From positions 97,032,001 through 97,096,000 of the forward strand of contig NW_024704743.1 of assembly GCF_018977255.1 (NCBI RefSeq): DNA of 64,000 bases, in the 5' to 3' direction. Positions 48,871-62,400 of this stretch are shown here, piece by piece. Both the position numbers and the translations under genes were made by a program. The stretch's first letter is position 1. Every line of letters begins with the position of its first letter. The notes beneath the pieces were generated by a model that worked only from the letters and a program-made list of their open reading frames with translations, did not search any database and was not told the origin of the DNA. This DNA comes from Callorhinchus milii. Its lineage: Eukaryota.

Positions 48871-51800
48871 ACTTTCTCCTTCAGATGATGATCACATGCT
48901 GTGCACATCCAGCATTTTCCACTTTTACAACTGACTTAAAGTCACCCATTTATAAACAAAAAATGTATATTATTTACAGCCACGGCAAAGTAGCTTGCTG
49001 AACATGGAGCCCGTGGCTGTGTTTGCAAAAGTACGCAATAGAGTTCTTGTATTTGATGACTTTTCAACATCCAACATGAGGCAGAGCTTAAACCATAATG
49101 CATCAAGGTCAATAACTAGATTAACTCAATAACAATGGATTGCAAAGATCGTACAGATAACAGAAAACTTGATTTGTATGGTTTTTATCCCCATCTATGT
49201 GACAGTAACTGTTCTAGTGAATAATAAGACCTAACAATTTCAAATAAGATTTTTCTGTATTTGTAGCATTAGCAATGATAAACTAACTATTATTGAAATC
49301 TGCTGCGGGCACTTCTGTAATTGTTGTCAAAAGTTGGCACAGAGCAAATCATTTTATGGCTTATTATGCCTCTAACCTTTACAAGAGCCACACTGTTTAT
49401 TGCAGACTCTGCAACAATGCATTACCCACAACCTTTTCTAACCTCTGGGTTAAAATCACATAATAATTTCCCACCCGATGTGATTCATATCATTTGGAAA
49501 ATTCCAGATAATTAGAAAGAATGGGATCATTTTTGGTGATAGTGTTTCTTTTGTTGTAAAATCAAATACTGTTCTGGAGCCCAATGCTAACAATTGTGTT
49601 GGGCAAACTTAATTTATCCTGTGAACAAGTAGTACATAAATTACATTTGTCTTATTGAGGAGGTTAATTTTACCACAAGCATCTGTGTTATTTTTTCATT
49701 AAGCGTGCTCATTGCTGCTTTTTCTTTAAGTACCTGTTTATCAGTTAAGTGTCAGTTTGGTTTAGCTGGCAGCATTAACTGTGTTTTAGAAAGTTGTGAG
49801 TTCAAGTCTTAGAGCAATATTTGATCTCACAGTTGGAGGTGTATTTTCAGAATGCAGTATTAGCTGGAGATTTGTTGGGGTGGATGGTAGAGATCCCATG
49901 GTACTATTTGAATAGCAGGTTGTCCGAATCCTCCTGTTGTTCTAATCAATATTCCTCCTTTGTCCGAATTCATGAAATAACAGATTAATTGGTCATTTAA
50001 GTGCTCCGAGATGATACTCGCACGAAGAGCGCTATATATATACAAGTTGTTGTCATTCTTCTCATTGCTGTTATAGGGGCCCTGGCTGCTGAGTTCACAT
50101 AACATAACAAACATTAATACATTTCATATTTGTGTAAAGCTCAATGGGACATTTTGATGTAAAAAGGTATCAGTATATCGAATGGTAGTTTTTCATTTAA
50201 CTGGAACTTGGTGATTTTTAGCATAAAATTGTTAAAATAGCTGGTAGGTGGGGGCAGTGGGGTACCATTCATCTGTTCAGGATAAGATTATTTTATTGTG
50301 TTCTTACAGCGGAGGTTTGTCAGTGTAAGAGAAAAGAGGATTCAAGATTGCTGCCTGAATAAATAGCACATTATCCATGCCTTTCAATATTTTACAGACT
50401 TTAATTATTTTTCCTTCTTACACTTTTTTCCTTGAGTTTAATTCTATGAGTCTTTTAAGAAACAATAAGGACTGGTTTGGATTTGAGTTACACTTGCTTT
50501 GCTTCATATGAGGATAGAATAGTCCATTTACAATCAAATAATCCTTGCACTGAACATAGTGCCTTGTCACATAAATATGTCTTGAAATGCTTCCGAGGTT
50601 CACAACTTGACAAGCGTCAAATGCTTCACAATTCCTGTCAAGTGTAGACTTTATTTATATAGGCATTTATTTGTGCCAGCAAAGTCTTAAAAAACAGCCA
50701 TAAATTGAATTATCAAGTAATCTTGAGGCTTGTTAGCCGGGTCGCTTAGGACAAATACCATTTACTTTTTACATAATGTCACTGGATCTCTTACATTTAC
50801 CTAAACAGACAGATAGGAGGTCCCTGGTTTAACATCTCATTCGAAAGATGACACCTCTGACAATGCAGCACCCCCACCTTCCCACCCCCCCACCCCACCC
50901 CCACCCCCATCTACAGGACTGCACTAGAAAACAGTGTAATAGTAATAATAACTTTGTATAAATTTGCACCATACCAGTGATTGTATTGTCATGAAACCAA
51001 ACTCTGCAACGGATTAATGCAAATAATGACAAACTGTTTTCCACATGAAGTATTCTGTGATGGTAAAGTACAAACAGAGCATTCATATTTGTAACCTACT
51101 GTCAATGTATATCAGTAATGATACAATGAGTTAATCTACACAAGGAGCTTAAACTGAAGTTTTATCCTTATATCATATAATGTTTGTTGTATTTTCCTTT
51201 CCAATTTTTCACTGGAATAGTTGCTGCTATTCAAACAGAAACCACGTTGTTTGCTCTGTGTTTGTGACAATGGTGGAATGTGTTCTGGTTCCAAAATCCT
51301 TACAATATATTTCTCAAAGACTTCAATCAGAATATCAGTGAGCATTGGAGACGAGAGGAATTTTTGGATTGTCTGGCATCAAAACACCATTCCTCACTTC
51401 AGACTTCCTCCATATACGGTCTGGTCTATTAACTCCACATCTAGGATTCCAGCTGCATTAATAAAGTTAAAATAACAGCTGATCACTGTTGTTTAATATT
51501 ACTTTCCCCACAATATCTACCGTAGACTAACAGCCCCATCGTGTATTATGACTATCACGATGTTGTGAAATGTAAAATCATGATGTTGCATGGAATTATA
51601 TAGAACATTACAGTATGGAAACAGGCCATGCAGTCCAAATAGTCCCCCCTTGTGTTTATGTTCCACGTGAGCCTTCCCCAACCCCCCCCCCCTCCCCCCC
51701 CGACCCCCTCTATTGCTTTCTCCTTCAAATTTATAACACATTGAATTTAAAGATCTTGATAATCAGCATATCTTTGGAAATGGAGCCCTGCCCAACATCT

Positions 51801-52562
51801 TTCTTAATAGCCCAACGAAAAAGCCTAAAGCACCACACATTACACTTATGAGACTCATAGGTCACAGCATTGACTGGTAATTAGTAGCATATCAACAGAT
51901 AAATTCAACAAAAGTGACAGAAGACTGTCCAATATGCATCTTGATCAACTTTTTTGATGCAACTAATGAGAAGGGTGTTGAGGGGTGGGGATGAATCTCA
52001 GTATTCCCAGGGAACCAGCTCATTAAGTTCCAGTGTTACTTATCATCAGGTCACTAATTGTGATGCTTGTATTAACATCATCAGTGTTAATTAACACATC
52101 ACAAATCACAATTTTCACCTCTATAATATAGAAAATAAAACAATGCTCTTCACATAATCTTCTATACAATGCAGTGATTGTGTGTTTTTTAGACGAATGA
52201 ACATCTACCTAAAGTGTATTGCTTTGTAAGATTGTAATGGGCTTCCTATGAGTGTGGTTGAGACCAAGACACCGGATTCAGTCAAGAAGCAGTTTCATGC
52301 TGTAAATGAAGGCAATAGAATTGGTAGTTTAGAAGAGTGAGATCCAATAGGCTAAGGGACATTCTCTCATTTGATATGATAATAATCATCCTTACATTTG
52401 ATACAGGGCCATTCACTTTGGGAGGAGGTCTCAAAGCATTTTACAGGATTAACTGTAAGGTGCAGTGACTATCTATTTTGATATAGCACCTTATCATATC
52501 CAAATGTCTCAAAGCACATGGCAGTTTTTCTGTAAAATGTGCTGACTGTATTTGTAAGCAAT

Positions 52563-52825
52563 ACAACAACAACAAAATTACATTTCTATAGTGCCTTTCA
52601 CATCAGGAGGACTTCCCAAGGCGCTTGATAGTCAATATTTCGGACCCGAGCTGGGGATCGGGATTGGGGAGGGTGGAGGGCAAGGGCGGAAGCAGGGTGA
52701 TCGAAAGCATGGTCGAAGAGGAGGGTCTTTAGATGGGTCTTGAAGGAGGCAAGTGAGGGGGCGAGGCGGAGGGACTGTGGAGTGGAGTTCCAGAGGGTGG
52801 GGCAGAGTGCAGAAGGCCCATCCGC
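52563..52825 (-). mobile_element. L2 3' end (lineage B)
   Basis: caacaacaacaaaattacatt…ggagttccagag, closely similar to 14219-14450. Confidence 0.88.
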
Positions 52826-53969
52826 TTCTGATATTATTATTACTAAGTATTATAATACTAAGTAATATTATTAAGTCTGTTTTTTTTATTATAGACTCCA
52901 ATTCAGAAAGCTTGTGCTCATATACAATAAGACAGGAGTAATGGACAATTGTCTCTGCAGATGTTATATGTATTTCTGTTCTTTTTCAACGTTAATGATT
53001 AAGTTTAAGGTTTTTGTTAAAAAAAATGCTTTTAAGTTAAATGAGAGGCAGTCTCATAAATTAGCACCCTGAGCTATTTGGTAAACTTTGCTGATCTGCA
53101 AATAACCACGTTCGTGTGAACAGAACGGTTGGAGTTTCAAGTTGTTGCTATTTACCCACAAAGAGTATAAGTGTCACCCTGCATCAATGATGATTCCCAC
53201 CATAACAACCAAAGTGTATAATAGTACGTATCAATAACCTCACCTATCCATTTCTGTCTCTTGAGAGAATGTATCTCAAAGACATTCCCAAGCCACAAAA
53301 GTAATCAAACGAAAGCTGTAAGGTATTGATCAATTCTACATCTCCTGCATTCAATCCTGGCCTGCTTTCCCCCTTACATAACATTCAACACGTCCCCTCT
53401 CCACCAGCAATACGGAATTCAATCATAAAGCACTCAAGTTGCCAGCAGTCAGTTTCAGAGAATCATGCCTGCCTGCCTGTCTTTGTGATGAAGTGATATC
53501 CGCTTCAGGCAGACTCAAGAAAGAAATGAAGATGCTTCAAACAGGGTATCTCACCTTAAAAAGCAAGGGGGTAATCATGCATCCTATTGTGCAGTGCAGT
53601 TGTTGATGTGGGCTGAATGCTATTCTCCTTTTGGTAAGCTTTTTACATTTAAGCAGCTCGAAAACAGTTTTAAGATTATAATTTCAGTTCATATTAATAC
53701 TTTCAAAATTGCATTGGAGTTATTCATAAGCACATGAACAAATTTGTGAAACTTATCAGGTCACATCAAGGAACTTGCTATACGGAAGGTATTTGATGCT
53801 GAGGAGGCAGCAGCAGTGTTGCTCTTTGCATTGTTACGCTGTGCCAAATCCAGGGCTTCAGTGGATGATAAGAACAAAAAGGAAACGTAAGTTAGTGATG
53901 GAAAGCAGCACAGCTTCCAGCTATTTTTTCTCCTGGTACAAGGTCTGAGCAGAGAAGTTCACATCCATA

Positions 53970-54303
53970 GCAACCCGTCCGCTCCCTCCGCTCAGCAGGC
54001 TCTGGCCTGCTTCATGTTCCCCACGTGGCTCGCCCACTATCGGCGGTCGGACCTTCAGCCTCTCTGCCCCACCCTTTGGAACTCCATCCACATTCCCTTT
54101 GCCTTGCTCTCTCCCTTGCCTCCTTCAAGGCGCATCTCAAGACCCTCCTCTTCGACCGCACCTTCAGCCACCGTTGTACCCTCCCTGCTCTCCACCCTCC
54201 CTGATCCTAATCCCATGCTTGGGTCCACGTCCCTGGCTGTCCAGCACCTTGGGACGTCCTCCCAATGTGAAAGCCACTATACAAATGTAATTTTGTATTG
54301 TGT
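53970..54303 (+). mobile_element. L2 3' end (lineage B)
   Basis: …cagcaccttgggacgtcctcccaatgtgaaagccactatacaaatgtaattttg. Confidence 0.88.
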
Positions 54304-55017
54304 TGGATGGAGTAGAATAATCCATCCATACGTATGTGTTTGTGCATTGGAGTTCCAACATGCGGCACCATGGATGTGGAAATTTTGCCCACAGTGGCCC
54401 ATTTGCAGTAATCATTCCAGAATAGACACTCCACCGTCTTCCCACAACAAACTGTTTCTTACACAAGTTCAGTGTTGTGGCCGCTACCAGCCATCGTGGT
54501 AACCTTTTCCAGTCATGGAACCTCAGTGTAAAGAAATACTTATCTGAAGTCTGCCCTAAAATTGCCCTTCACTTCCCTGAACCTGAACCTTCTTCTTCTG
54601 CTGCCTTGGCATATCTGAAAATGATCTAGGTTTACTTTCTTTACCCTATTTAGTATCTTGTATGCTTCTGGGAATTTTCTTCTGTCATATCTTTACTCAA
54701 AGCTGAAGAGTCCTGGTTTAACAAGTCGATGTGCACAAGGACGAGAAGCTGAGGATGCAAGATCAGCATTTTCATACTTGTTTTGTTGAACTCTTGAACT
54801 AGTTTACTTAGAGATAGAAATTGAGCTGACGTACAGCCACATCTATGTGGTGACAAAGCTCCCATTCAAATCCTAGACATAGGAGATATTTTCTTCACAT
54901 ATTTTTCTTCATAGTGTGTTGGAAGTTTCTTTGTAGCATTCTCCAGCACTCTGTGTCTAACACTGCCAATTCACTTCACAATCATATCAAAAACTGAGTA
55001 TTATTTGAAAGACCTTT

Positions 55018-55334
55018 GTGGAGTCCTGTAGCTCAGGGGTTGTAGAGCTCTCGCCTTGCAAGCGAGAGACCTACGTTCGATTCCCGGCAGGGCAAAACCT
55101 TGGGCAAGTTTCCTTACTCCATACGCCTGATAATAATCCCTCAAGAAAAAAACAATAATAATTTGGTCACTCAATCCATGACTGTTTGTGGGACACTGCT
55201 GTGCGCAATTGGCTGCCGGGTTTCGCCCACAAATATACAGTCAATTCACTTTACAGTATATTCTGTGAAGCGCTTTGAGACGTCTAGAAGACGTGAAAAG
55301 CACTATATCAAATGCAAGGATTATTATTATTATT
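55018..55334 (+). mobile_element. tRNA-headed SINE, full-length short form
   Basis: A/B boxes, anticodon-like arm ctcgc-cttgcaa-gcgag, tail agcgctttgagacgtctagaagacgtgaaaagcact…(tat)n. Confidence 0.92.
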
Positions 55335-55703
55335 AAGAAGCTTACACTCCATCCCAAAGACTTCAGCTTCTGAATTCATTTGCGGGGTCTCTGTCAGATG
55401 TGCGATATCAGTTGTCCTGAATTGTGGAAATAAAGAATCAAAGTATAATTTTCTGGGGGTGGGGGGGTTCTTTTAAGTCTGTTCAGGAAGCTTACTCTGT
55501 ACACACCTCAGCGGGAGAATGAAGTCACCCAGTGAGTCAGAAGTTCGGTTTCGATGACTGATCGCATTCCCCCAGTACACCCTACTGTCTTCCCATCATA
55601 GCATCAAGCTGCTTTTTAAATCAGTCTAGTGTTTTGGACTGAACCACTCTTCCAGGAGTCATGCTCACATCTGAGTCCTGAATGTGAAATAATCTTGGGT
55701 ATA

Positions 55704-55882
55704 CAGTAAACCCCTGATAACTCGTCACTCCAGGAAAAGGGCTCAGTTACGAATTATCCCAAGTGGCGAGTTAGGCACATGTATAATAAATACATAAATA
55801 AATGTGGTCGGGATATTGACGGCATGATGATTTAAGTGGTAGTGACAAGTTAAGCTAGGGTCAAGTTATCAGGAGGTTACTA
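55704..55882. mobile_element. 179-bp Tc1/mariner (pogo/Tigger-like) MITE
   Basis: TA|cagtaaacccctgataactcgtc … gtcaagttatcaggaggttacta|TA: 23-bp TIR (18/23 match), TA flanks, internal gacgagtta-like subterminal repeats. Confidence 0.75.
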
Positions 55883-56970
55883 TAAATTGTGATATATATA
55901 TTTCTAGAGCACTGAACTCCCAGGACAGGTTTTTCAACATGACTTTTGAGGAGTATTTAAATACAGTGGATGCAACAGCATGTTAATGTTAGTGCATTAA
56001 GCAATTAGTTTGAGAACTTAAATGAGATTAGATGAAGGCTGTTTTCTCACATATGCTCTTAGTTTCAAGGTGTTATTAGTTTCAACCCCCTTCCTAAATA
56101 CAGGGTCAAAGCACTGGACACCTTTTACAAATGCAAGTGACAGATATTAACTCGTTTGATAGCCTATATTTGCTTCCAATGCCGGTTTGTAAATTGGCAA
56201 AATTTAAAAAAGCTACTTCTGCCCTAAGATTACAAACCAAGCTAGAAAAGGTGAATAAATCTAAATCTAAAAGTTAAAATGTTACTAATTTATACTGTAA
56301 TCCAGTTACTGACTTTGTGACCACCTCAAGTGTTGAAACATACATCAAAAGACAAGCTTCACTTGGATAAAGATAATGATAGATTTCCTTTTATGTGTAG
56401 GTGTGCTATAAATAACATGGCTTAAAAACTAGTGCAGTGCGCAACAGCAGAAAACCTGAATTCCATTCTCTTCAGATCAAAGAACGAATTTGAATAGCTG
56501 GGATTCTGTTTCCATACATGGAATTACACTAAGAGCAGATCTTTCAAGGAGCCCTTCACTGCCAAGTGCACATCACGACAAGATATTTTTATATTGTGAT
56601 AATTGACTCTTTCCATCCAGTGCTGGATCCGCACGGATGATATTGGAACAATGCAACTTGCTGACATATGATATTGTTCCTGAACATGTTATTCCCTACT
56701 GGCACAAATGAGGTGTGCTAGCAAACATTGTCTCTGACATACTGGCCAGATATACTATAGATTTACTGATGGCTGTTTCATCCAATGATTCTCCTTAGAT
56801 GCGGAGCAGTTCCTGAAATGTAGTGGATTCCAGAATATTGTTCACTTCATTTGTTAGATTGAGGCCTCAAAATGGGGTGAACATGTAACCTTAAATGTAT
56901 TAATTACCATATCGCTAGAATGTCCATATCTGATGATGTCGCAGTCAGTGACTGTCTTTGTGGAAACATC

Positions 56971-57221
56971 TAATAATAATAATCCTTGCATTTGATATAG
57001 CGCTTTTCACGTCGGGAGGATGTCCCAAAGCGCTTCACAGAACACACTGTAAAGTGAATTGACTGTATATTTATGGGGGAATGTGACAGCCAATTGTGCA
57101 CAGCAATGTCCCACAAACAGTCGTAGATTGAAAATGACCAATTTATTATTGTTTTTGTTTTTGGAGGGATTATTATTAGATGTGTAGAGTAAGGAAACTT
57201 GCCCAAGGTTTCGCCCTGCCT
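56971..57221 (-). mobile_element. tRNA-headed SINE, CTCCC-loop subfamily, 5'-truncated
   Basis: Near-identical to 44662-44930 and the inner copy at 47428-47702. Confidence 0.9.
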
Positions 57222-58176
57222 GATCTCTGATGTTTGTGAATGTATTTGGATTGATGTTACTTGCAGAAGCCATTGAACTTTTCCATCAGCAGAATGCGGT
57301 GTTTCAGCATCAGCATTGCTATGAGACATCCTCACAAGATGAAAAGCATTATATAAACGTAAATTGTTGTTGTGGAATCCTGGATTTACTTTAAAAATAG
57401 AGATAACAGAGAAAGTAAAAAATAAAGTCTTTAAAATGTTTTGATTTAAAACAGTGTGTAAATGCTTGCTTTGCTTTAATAAGGTTTGAATGGAAGCAAT
57501 GGACCTGCTCTTTGCATTTCCTTCTTGTCATCGCTGTAACATTGGTATTTATTTCACCATCACAGTGCGTCAATTCAAAACCAGAAAAAGTGCAAAACAG
57601 ACTGATCTTAAGCAATCAGAATTTCCCTACGCCTATCAGTAACAAAGAAAGAAACTTGTCATCGGTAATGTACTTTTTAAAATTCAACTCAGAGAATGAT
57701 GTCAAACAACTTTTTCATGGATTCCTATTAATTATTGGAAACTATGATGCGATGTTTCAACCAACTTGATGTGATAATTTTAATTATCAAATGAGTTAAC
57801 GTCAACTTTGTTGCTGAACCACATATTCACACCTTTCGTTTTAAAGAGTGAGAAATACTCCACTGAGAGGGTTAACTGAGCTAGTTGCTGAATTAACATT
57901 CACAGTCAAAAGGAAAAATGTCTGAATCACCCTGAGTGAATGATTGCATCAATTGATGTTAATTAGCTCCTGCATACTACAGTATACTATATAGGGTTCA
58001 GTACCAACTCCTGCTGATGTCAGTAGATTTTTCATTGGAAAGATCATATTGATAATATAATAAGAATATAATAATCCTTGCATTTGGTATACTGTAGCAC
58101 CTGATCACATCAATCAGACTTTTCTGTGACTTTACGTATGTATATTTACATATGTAAATATATTTTGCAGGCAAAC

Positions 58177-58536
58177 CACGTCCCCCGCCCCAACCGCCCT
58201 ACCATCGGTGGTCGGGCCTTCAGCCTCTCAGCCCCCAGGCTCTGGAACTCCATCCCCCAGTGCCTTCGCCTTGCTTCCTCCCTTTCCTCCTTCAAGGCCG
58301 GTCTCAAAACCTTTCTCTTTGACCGTGCCTTCAGCTCCCCTCTCGACTCTCTTCCCCCTCCTCGCTCCCTCCCTTCCCTCCCCTCACCCTGACCATTTCC
58401 CCCCTCCTTGCTCCCTCCCTTCCCTCACCCTGACCATTTCCCCCCTGCTCGGGTCATGACCCAACTGTGCAGCGCCTTGGGACGTCCTCCTGACGTGAAA
58501 GGCGCTTTATAAATGGAATCTTGTTGTTGTTGTTAT
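58177..58536 (+). mobile_element. L2 3' end (lineage C) with a ~40-bp tandem duplication in the 3' UTR
   Basis: PRPNRPTIGGRAFSLSAPRLWNSIP…[11 protein letters not shown]; ctcaccctgaccatttcccc occurs twice. Confidence 0.92.
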
Positions 58537-59269
58537 TGTATATTGGCCCACAAACAGCCATGAATTGAATGCCCAATTTTATCTCCAGGGATTATTGATC
58601 AGGGCACCAGGCGAAACAGATTCTTTTCCAGCCTAGAAGTTGAAGAGCGTTTTTAGATTGGCGCCTTCTAGAAACAGAGAGGTGTCTCACTAGAGAAAGT
58701 GAGAACACTGTCTCTTTTGCTCATGATTCGCAATTAGTCGTTTTGTAAATTGGTACTCGCTAAGTGGAAATCACAATGTAAATCCTTCACTCTGATCCTG
58801 ATCACCAATATCACACTATGAGACCCGAGACACGGATAGGTTTGTCAACCGGGGGAAGAAACGTATTCAGAATTTCTTCACAGTAGGTTTTCCATTTAAA
58901 ACATCCACTTTAAACCATAAACTTAGTTTTTAGTCTGAATGCAAACACAAAACATGTTTTGTTAAATTCTTTATTTAAAAACAAACCTTCAGTTTTTCCC
59001 AAATTTTGGTCGAAGAATCTCCAATGATCCAAACACACAGGATGAATGTAAATGGCAGGACTGAAACCATCCTTCTGTCCATCTCAAATGCAGCTGTAGC
59101 CTGTTAGATGACATATTGCTTTTACCAAAAACCTTTTAAAAACTACATATAATATCCTTACCAGTTTATATCTGATTTTATACAGTAAACCTCACATAAG
59201 CCATTATCAGTTGGGACCATACATTTAATGTGACTTATGCGAATAATGAGTTATGTCTAACTTATAATA

Positions 59270-59445
59270 TAATAATAAATAATCCTTGCATTTGATATAG
59301 CACTTTTCACAACTTCTAGTCGTTTCAAAGCGCTTCATAGAATATACTGTTAAGTAAATTGACTGTATATTTGTGGGTGAAATGCAGCAGCCAATTGTGC
59401 ACAACAGTGTCCCACAAACAGTTATGGATTGAAGTGATCAATTTT
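59270..59445 (-). mobile_element. SINE 3' half (further tail fragments at ~18800-18912, 20250-20440, 29060-29168, 41000-41145, 42430-42535, 43553-43650, 46513-46625, 52380-52555)
   Basis: Reversed shared tail aatccttgcatttgatatagcacttttcac. Confidence 0.85.
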
Positions 59446-62400
59446 TTTTGCATAGAATATAAACTCTTGAACGGGACTTGGATAGGTGTACGACTTGGGC
59501 AATTATACAATTTATTCAGATCAGATTTATGCAAGATTTACTGTATCTGTAAATTATTTTGTCTTTGCAAAAAAAAGTTTTAAACAACGAATAATGTAAG
59601 CGCAGTGAAAGGTATTATTGAAAATAGGTAAAAGTGTGCTATGCTTCCCTTTGCGATGCTGCCCATTTCCTTTTCCATTACTTCCATTTGCAGGGGTACA
59701 GTAGTAGGCTTTATCCTTTCACATACAACCCGCTTTTTCTTATCCTTTTGCCCAGCAACCGTTGCCTGGAAACTGCTATATCTGCTTCAGATCAAAGACA
59801 GGTTCCGGAGTGACCCTGGGTCAATGAGCACAGAGCTGTCTCCACACTCCATCAAGGGTAGAATCCACTCCAATTATCACTTCAAGTAAATATATATCCA
59901 GTTTGAACACACTGCACAGTAGTAATCACAGTGTCGCCTGCCGTGCTGAAACATAATTGAACATCTGACAGAAAACTGTTACACTGAGTAAGCCAATACA
60001 GGTAGCAGGCAACTCAGAATGTTTCCTTATCTTTAATTTCAGGCTTTGAAGTAACAATGTATAGTCCCACCGGTTAGAAATCTGGTGGTGGTGGGTGTGG
60101 GGCGGTGGTTGAGGGCAGGGGAACCACAACAAAGTAAATCATTTCGGGAATTCAGATGCTCAAATATACTGCACCTCGTAGAATTTAGAATGGTAAGAAC
60201 TTAGGAAAGCATGGCATTAGAAAGGGAATTGATATGTACAATTCATACCATTTCATGGATGCTCATGCATCCATTCAATTTCCCCAAGGCAGGTTCTACC
60301 TCAGAACCTGATGTTCTGATTAACATCTGATTAACAAGGCTCATCATGTAATTATCCAATATGCAACCATTCCATCTTTCTTTGATGTTGATACTAAGTC
60401 TGTACCCTGAACCCCACCCACATATTACCTCCTTGAATTACAGGACAAGAGTCATTGTGTTTTATGTTATATTTGATCACCGCAAAAAAAGAGTATAGGT
60501 TCTTGTATTCCAGGTGTCAAACTTACTGAGTCAAACTCACTCAGCCTTTGAGGCCAGAAGAGCAACTAAAGAATGAAGCATAGGGCCGAGAAACCCATAA
60601 AAATGCATCATTCATGTTACTTCCTGTGAAAATGGCTGCCAGCGAGCACACATCCTGTGTGTTGTGTGTGCAGCAAAGAAAGCTGGCAACTGCTCTTGCA
60701 TGTCCACGGTACATACATGTTATGGGAGGACTTGCACAATAGCGCGGTAGTGTGATAATGGGGTTGTGCTGTATTTAAACAATGCAGCACTGGAGTTGAA
60801 ACCTCTTTGATTTCCCATCAATGTCAGGTTTAATCGCACCTGTGCTGAGCTCACCTTCAATTAGTTCAGGTGCTTCTGTGCCAATGAAGATTCGATCAAG
60901 CAGTTGCATACACAATCAGGGATCTGTCTAGGTTTAATTTAACTCAAATGGTATTGTTGCCCTGTACTTTGTGGGGATTTGCCCTTCTTATATATCGAAG
61001 TAAATGCCACCAACAGCCCGGATTCCAAATCAATAAATTACTCTAGGTGTGGCCTGTCCAGAGCACTTTATTATGACATGTGGGGATCTGAATGCAACTG
61101 ATTTGGCAGGACAGGCAGCAAGAAGCTGTTGTTCTTAACATTTGTTGTCATTGGCTTAGCTTTGTTTTCCTTCACATTTTTGGTGTCAGAATTCGTTTGA
61201 ATGAGTGAAGCTGTTTGCGAAGAAAAGCTCTGGAACCATGATTTCTGCAAGACAGGAAATGGTATATTGGAATTCTGCTCTTGGGTTGGTTGCTGTGACT
61301 ATCCAGCCAGATTTGAGTTGTTATTGATTGTTAGCTGTGATTGTTTCTTTGATCGCATGACCCACAGTGTGATAGGGTTATCGCGCTTCACTATTGCAGG
61401 TATAATACACAAGCGCTCAGCTGCCGCTGTGATAGCTGCAAGCACTGAGATTGAAAACACATTTATATCGCAAGGGTCAGAAGGTAATAACAATTTGCAC
61501 TGCTTGGAATTCAGATCGAAAAAGAAAAGTAATGTGAAACCAAAAAAGGCAGTCTCTGGAGTGCACATTGTGATATCTGTGTGGAAAGAGAAACAGTTCA
61601 ATTGGCAGTTATCTGAAACCTTCTGAAGTCTCCTTGCAGGAATGTGGCCGGTTGGATACCTATACATTGGAACTCTATTTTTCCAGCTTTTTACTAGTTT
61701 TTAATTCTTATTCAACCATTTTACAGCCTTCTCCCTGGAATGGCTGCTGTCAATGCTGCTCTGTGTCAGCAAACAGCAGGGCTACACGTGGGGATGGCTG
61801 GTCCTCTTGACTAGTGCCCTGAGATGGATGCTCCAGCATTGTGAGGCACTCCCTCTAGTGGCTGAAATGAGAAGCCACCGATGTCAACGACATCTGGGTG
61901 GGATTGGGGCAGGTGGCCTGGGTGGGATTACAGCACTAAACTGCTAAAACTCTTCCTGATCAAAGAAATGACATGGGCAATCATATTCCAGAGGGAATTT
62001 ATTGGAACGAAACAGAGGGCAGAATAGTGTATAATATTTGTTCTTACTTTGGGATTGGCCAAATGGCATTTTCTGGTCTTGTACATTCTTATAATGTTCC
62101 TGTGTAAGGCTTCCCTCCAGTGTAATGCAATTTCACTTCTTTGCAATCCTTTAATCAGTAGTGGACAACTTGTGGCCTGTGGGCTGAAGTGGCCTGTGGA
62201 GCTGTCAAGACTTCCCCCAAAATTCTCACTAGTCTAGGTAAATCCATGTAGTGTTTTCATTTTTTTCTTGATTAAATATTTCTTGATTTTTGCCATAAAG
62301 ATTAGTCACCCTGCTCTAGTGTTCCAATTAGTCATTCCTGATAGCTCTATTATTCATTCCTGATAGCTCATCCCTTTAATCATGGGAATCATCGGCATTG

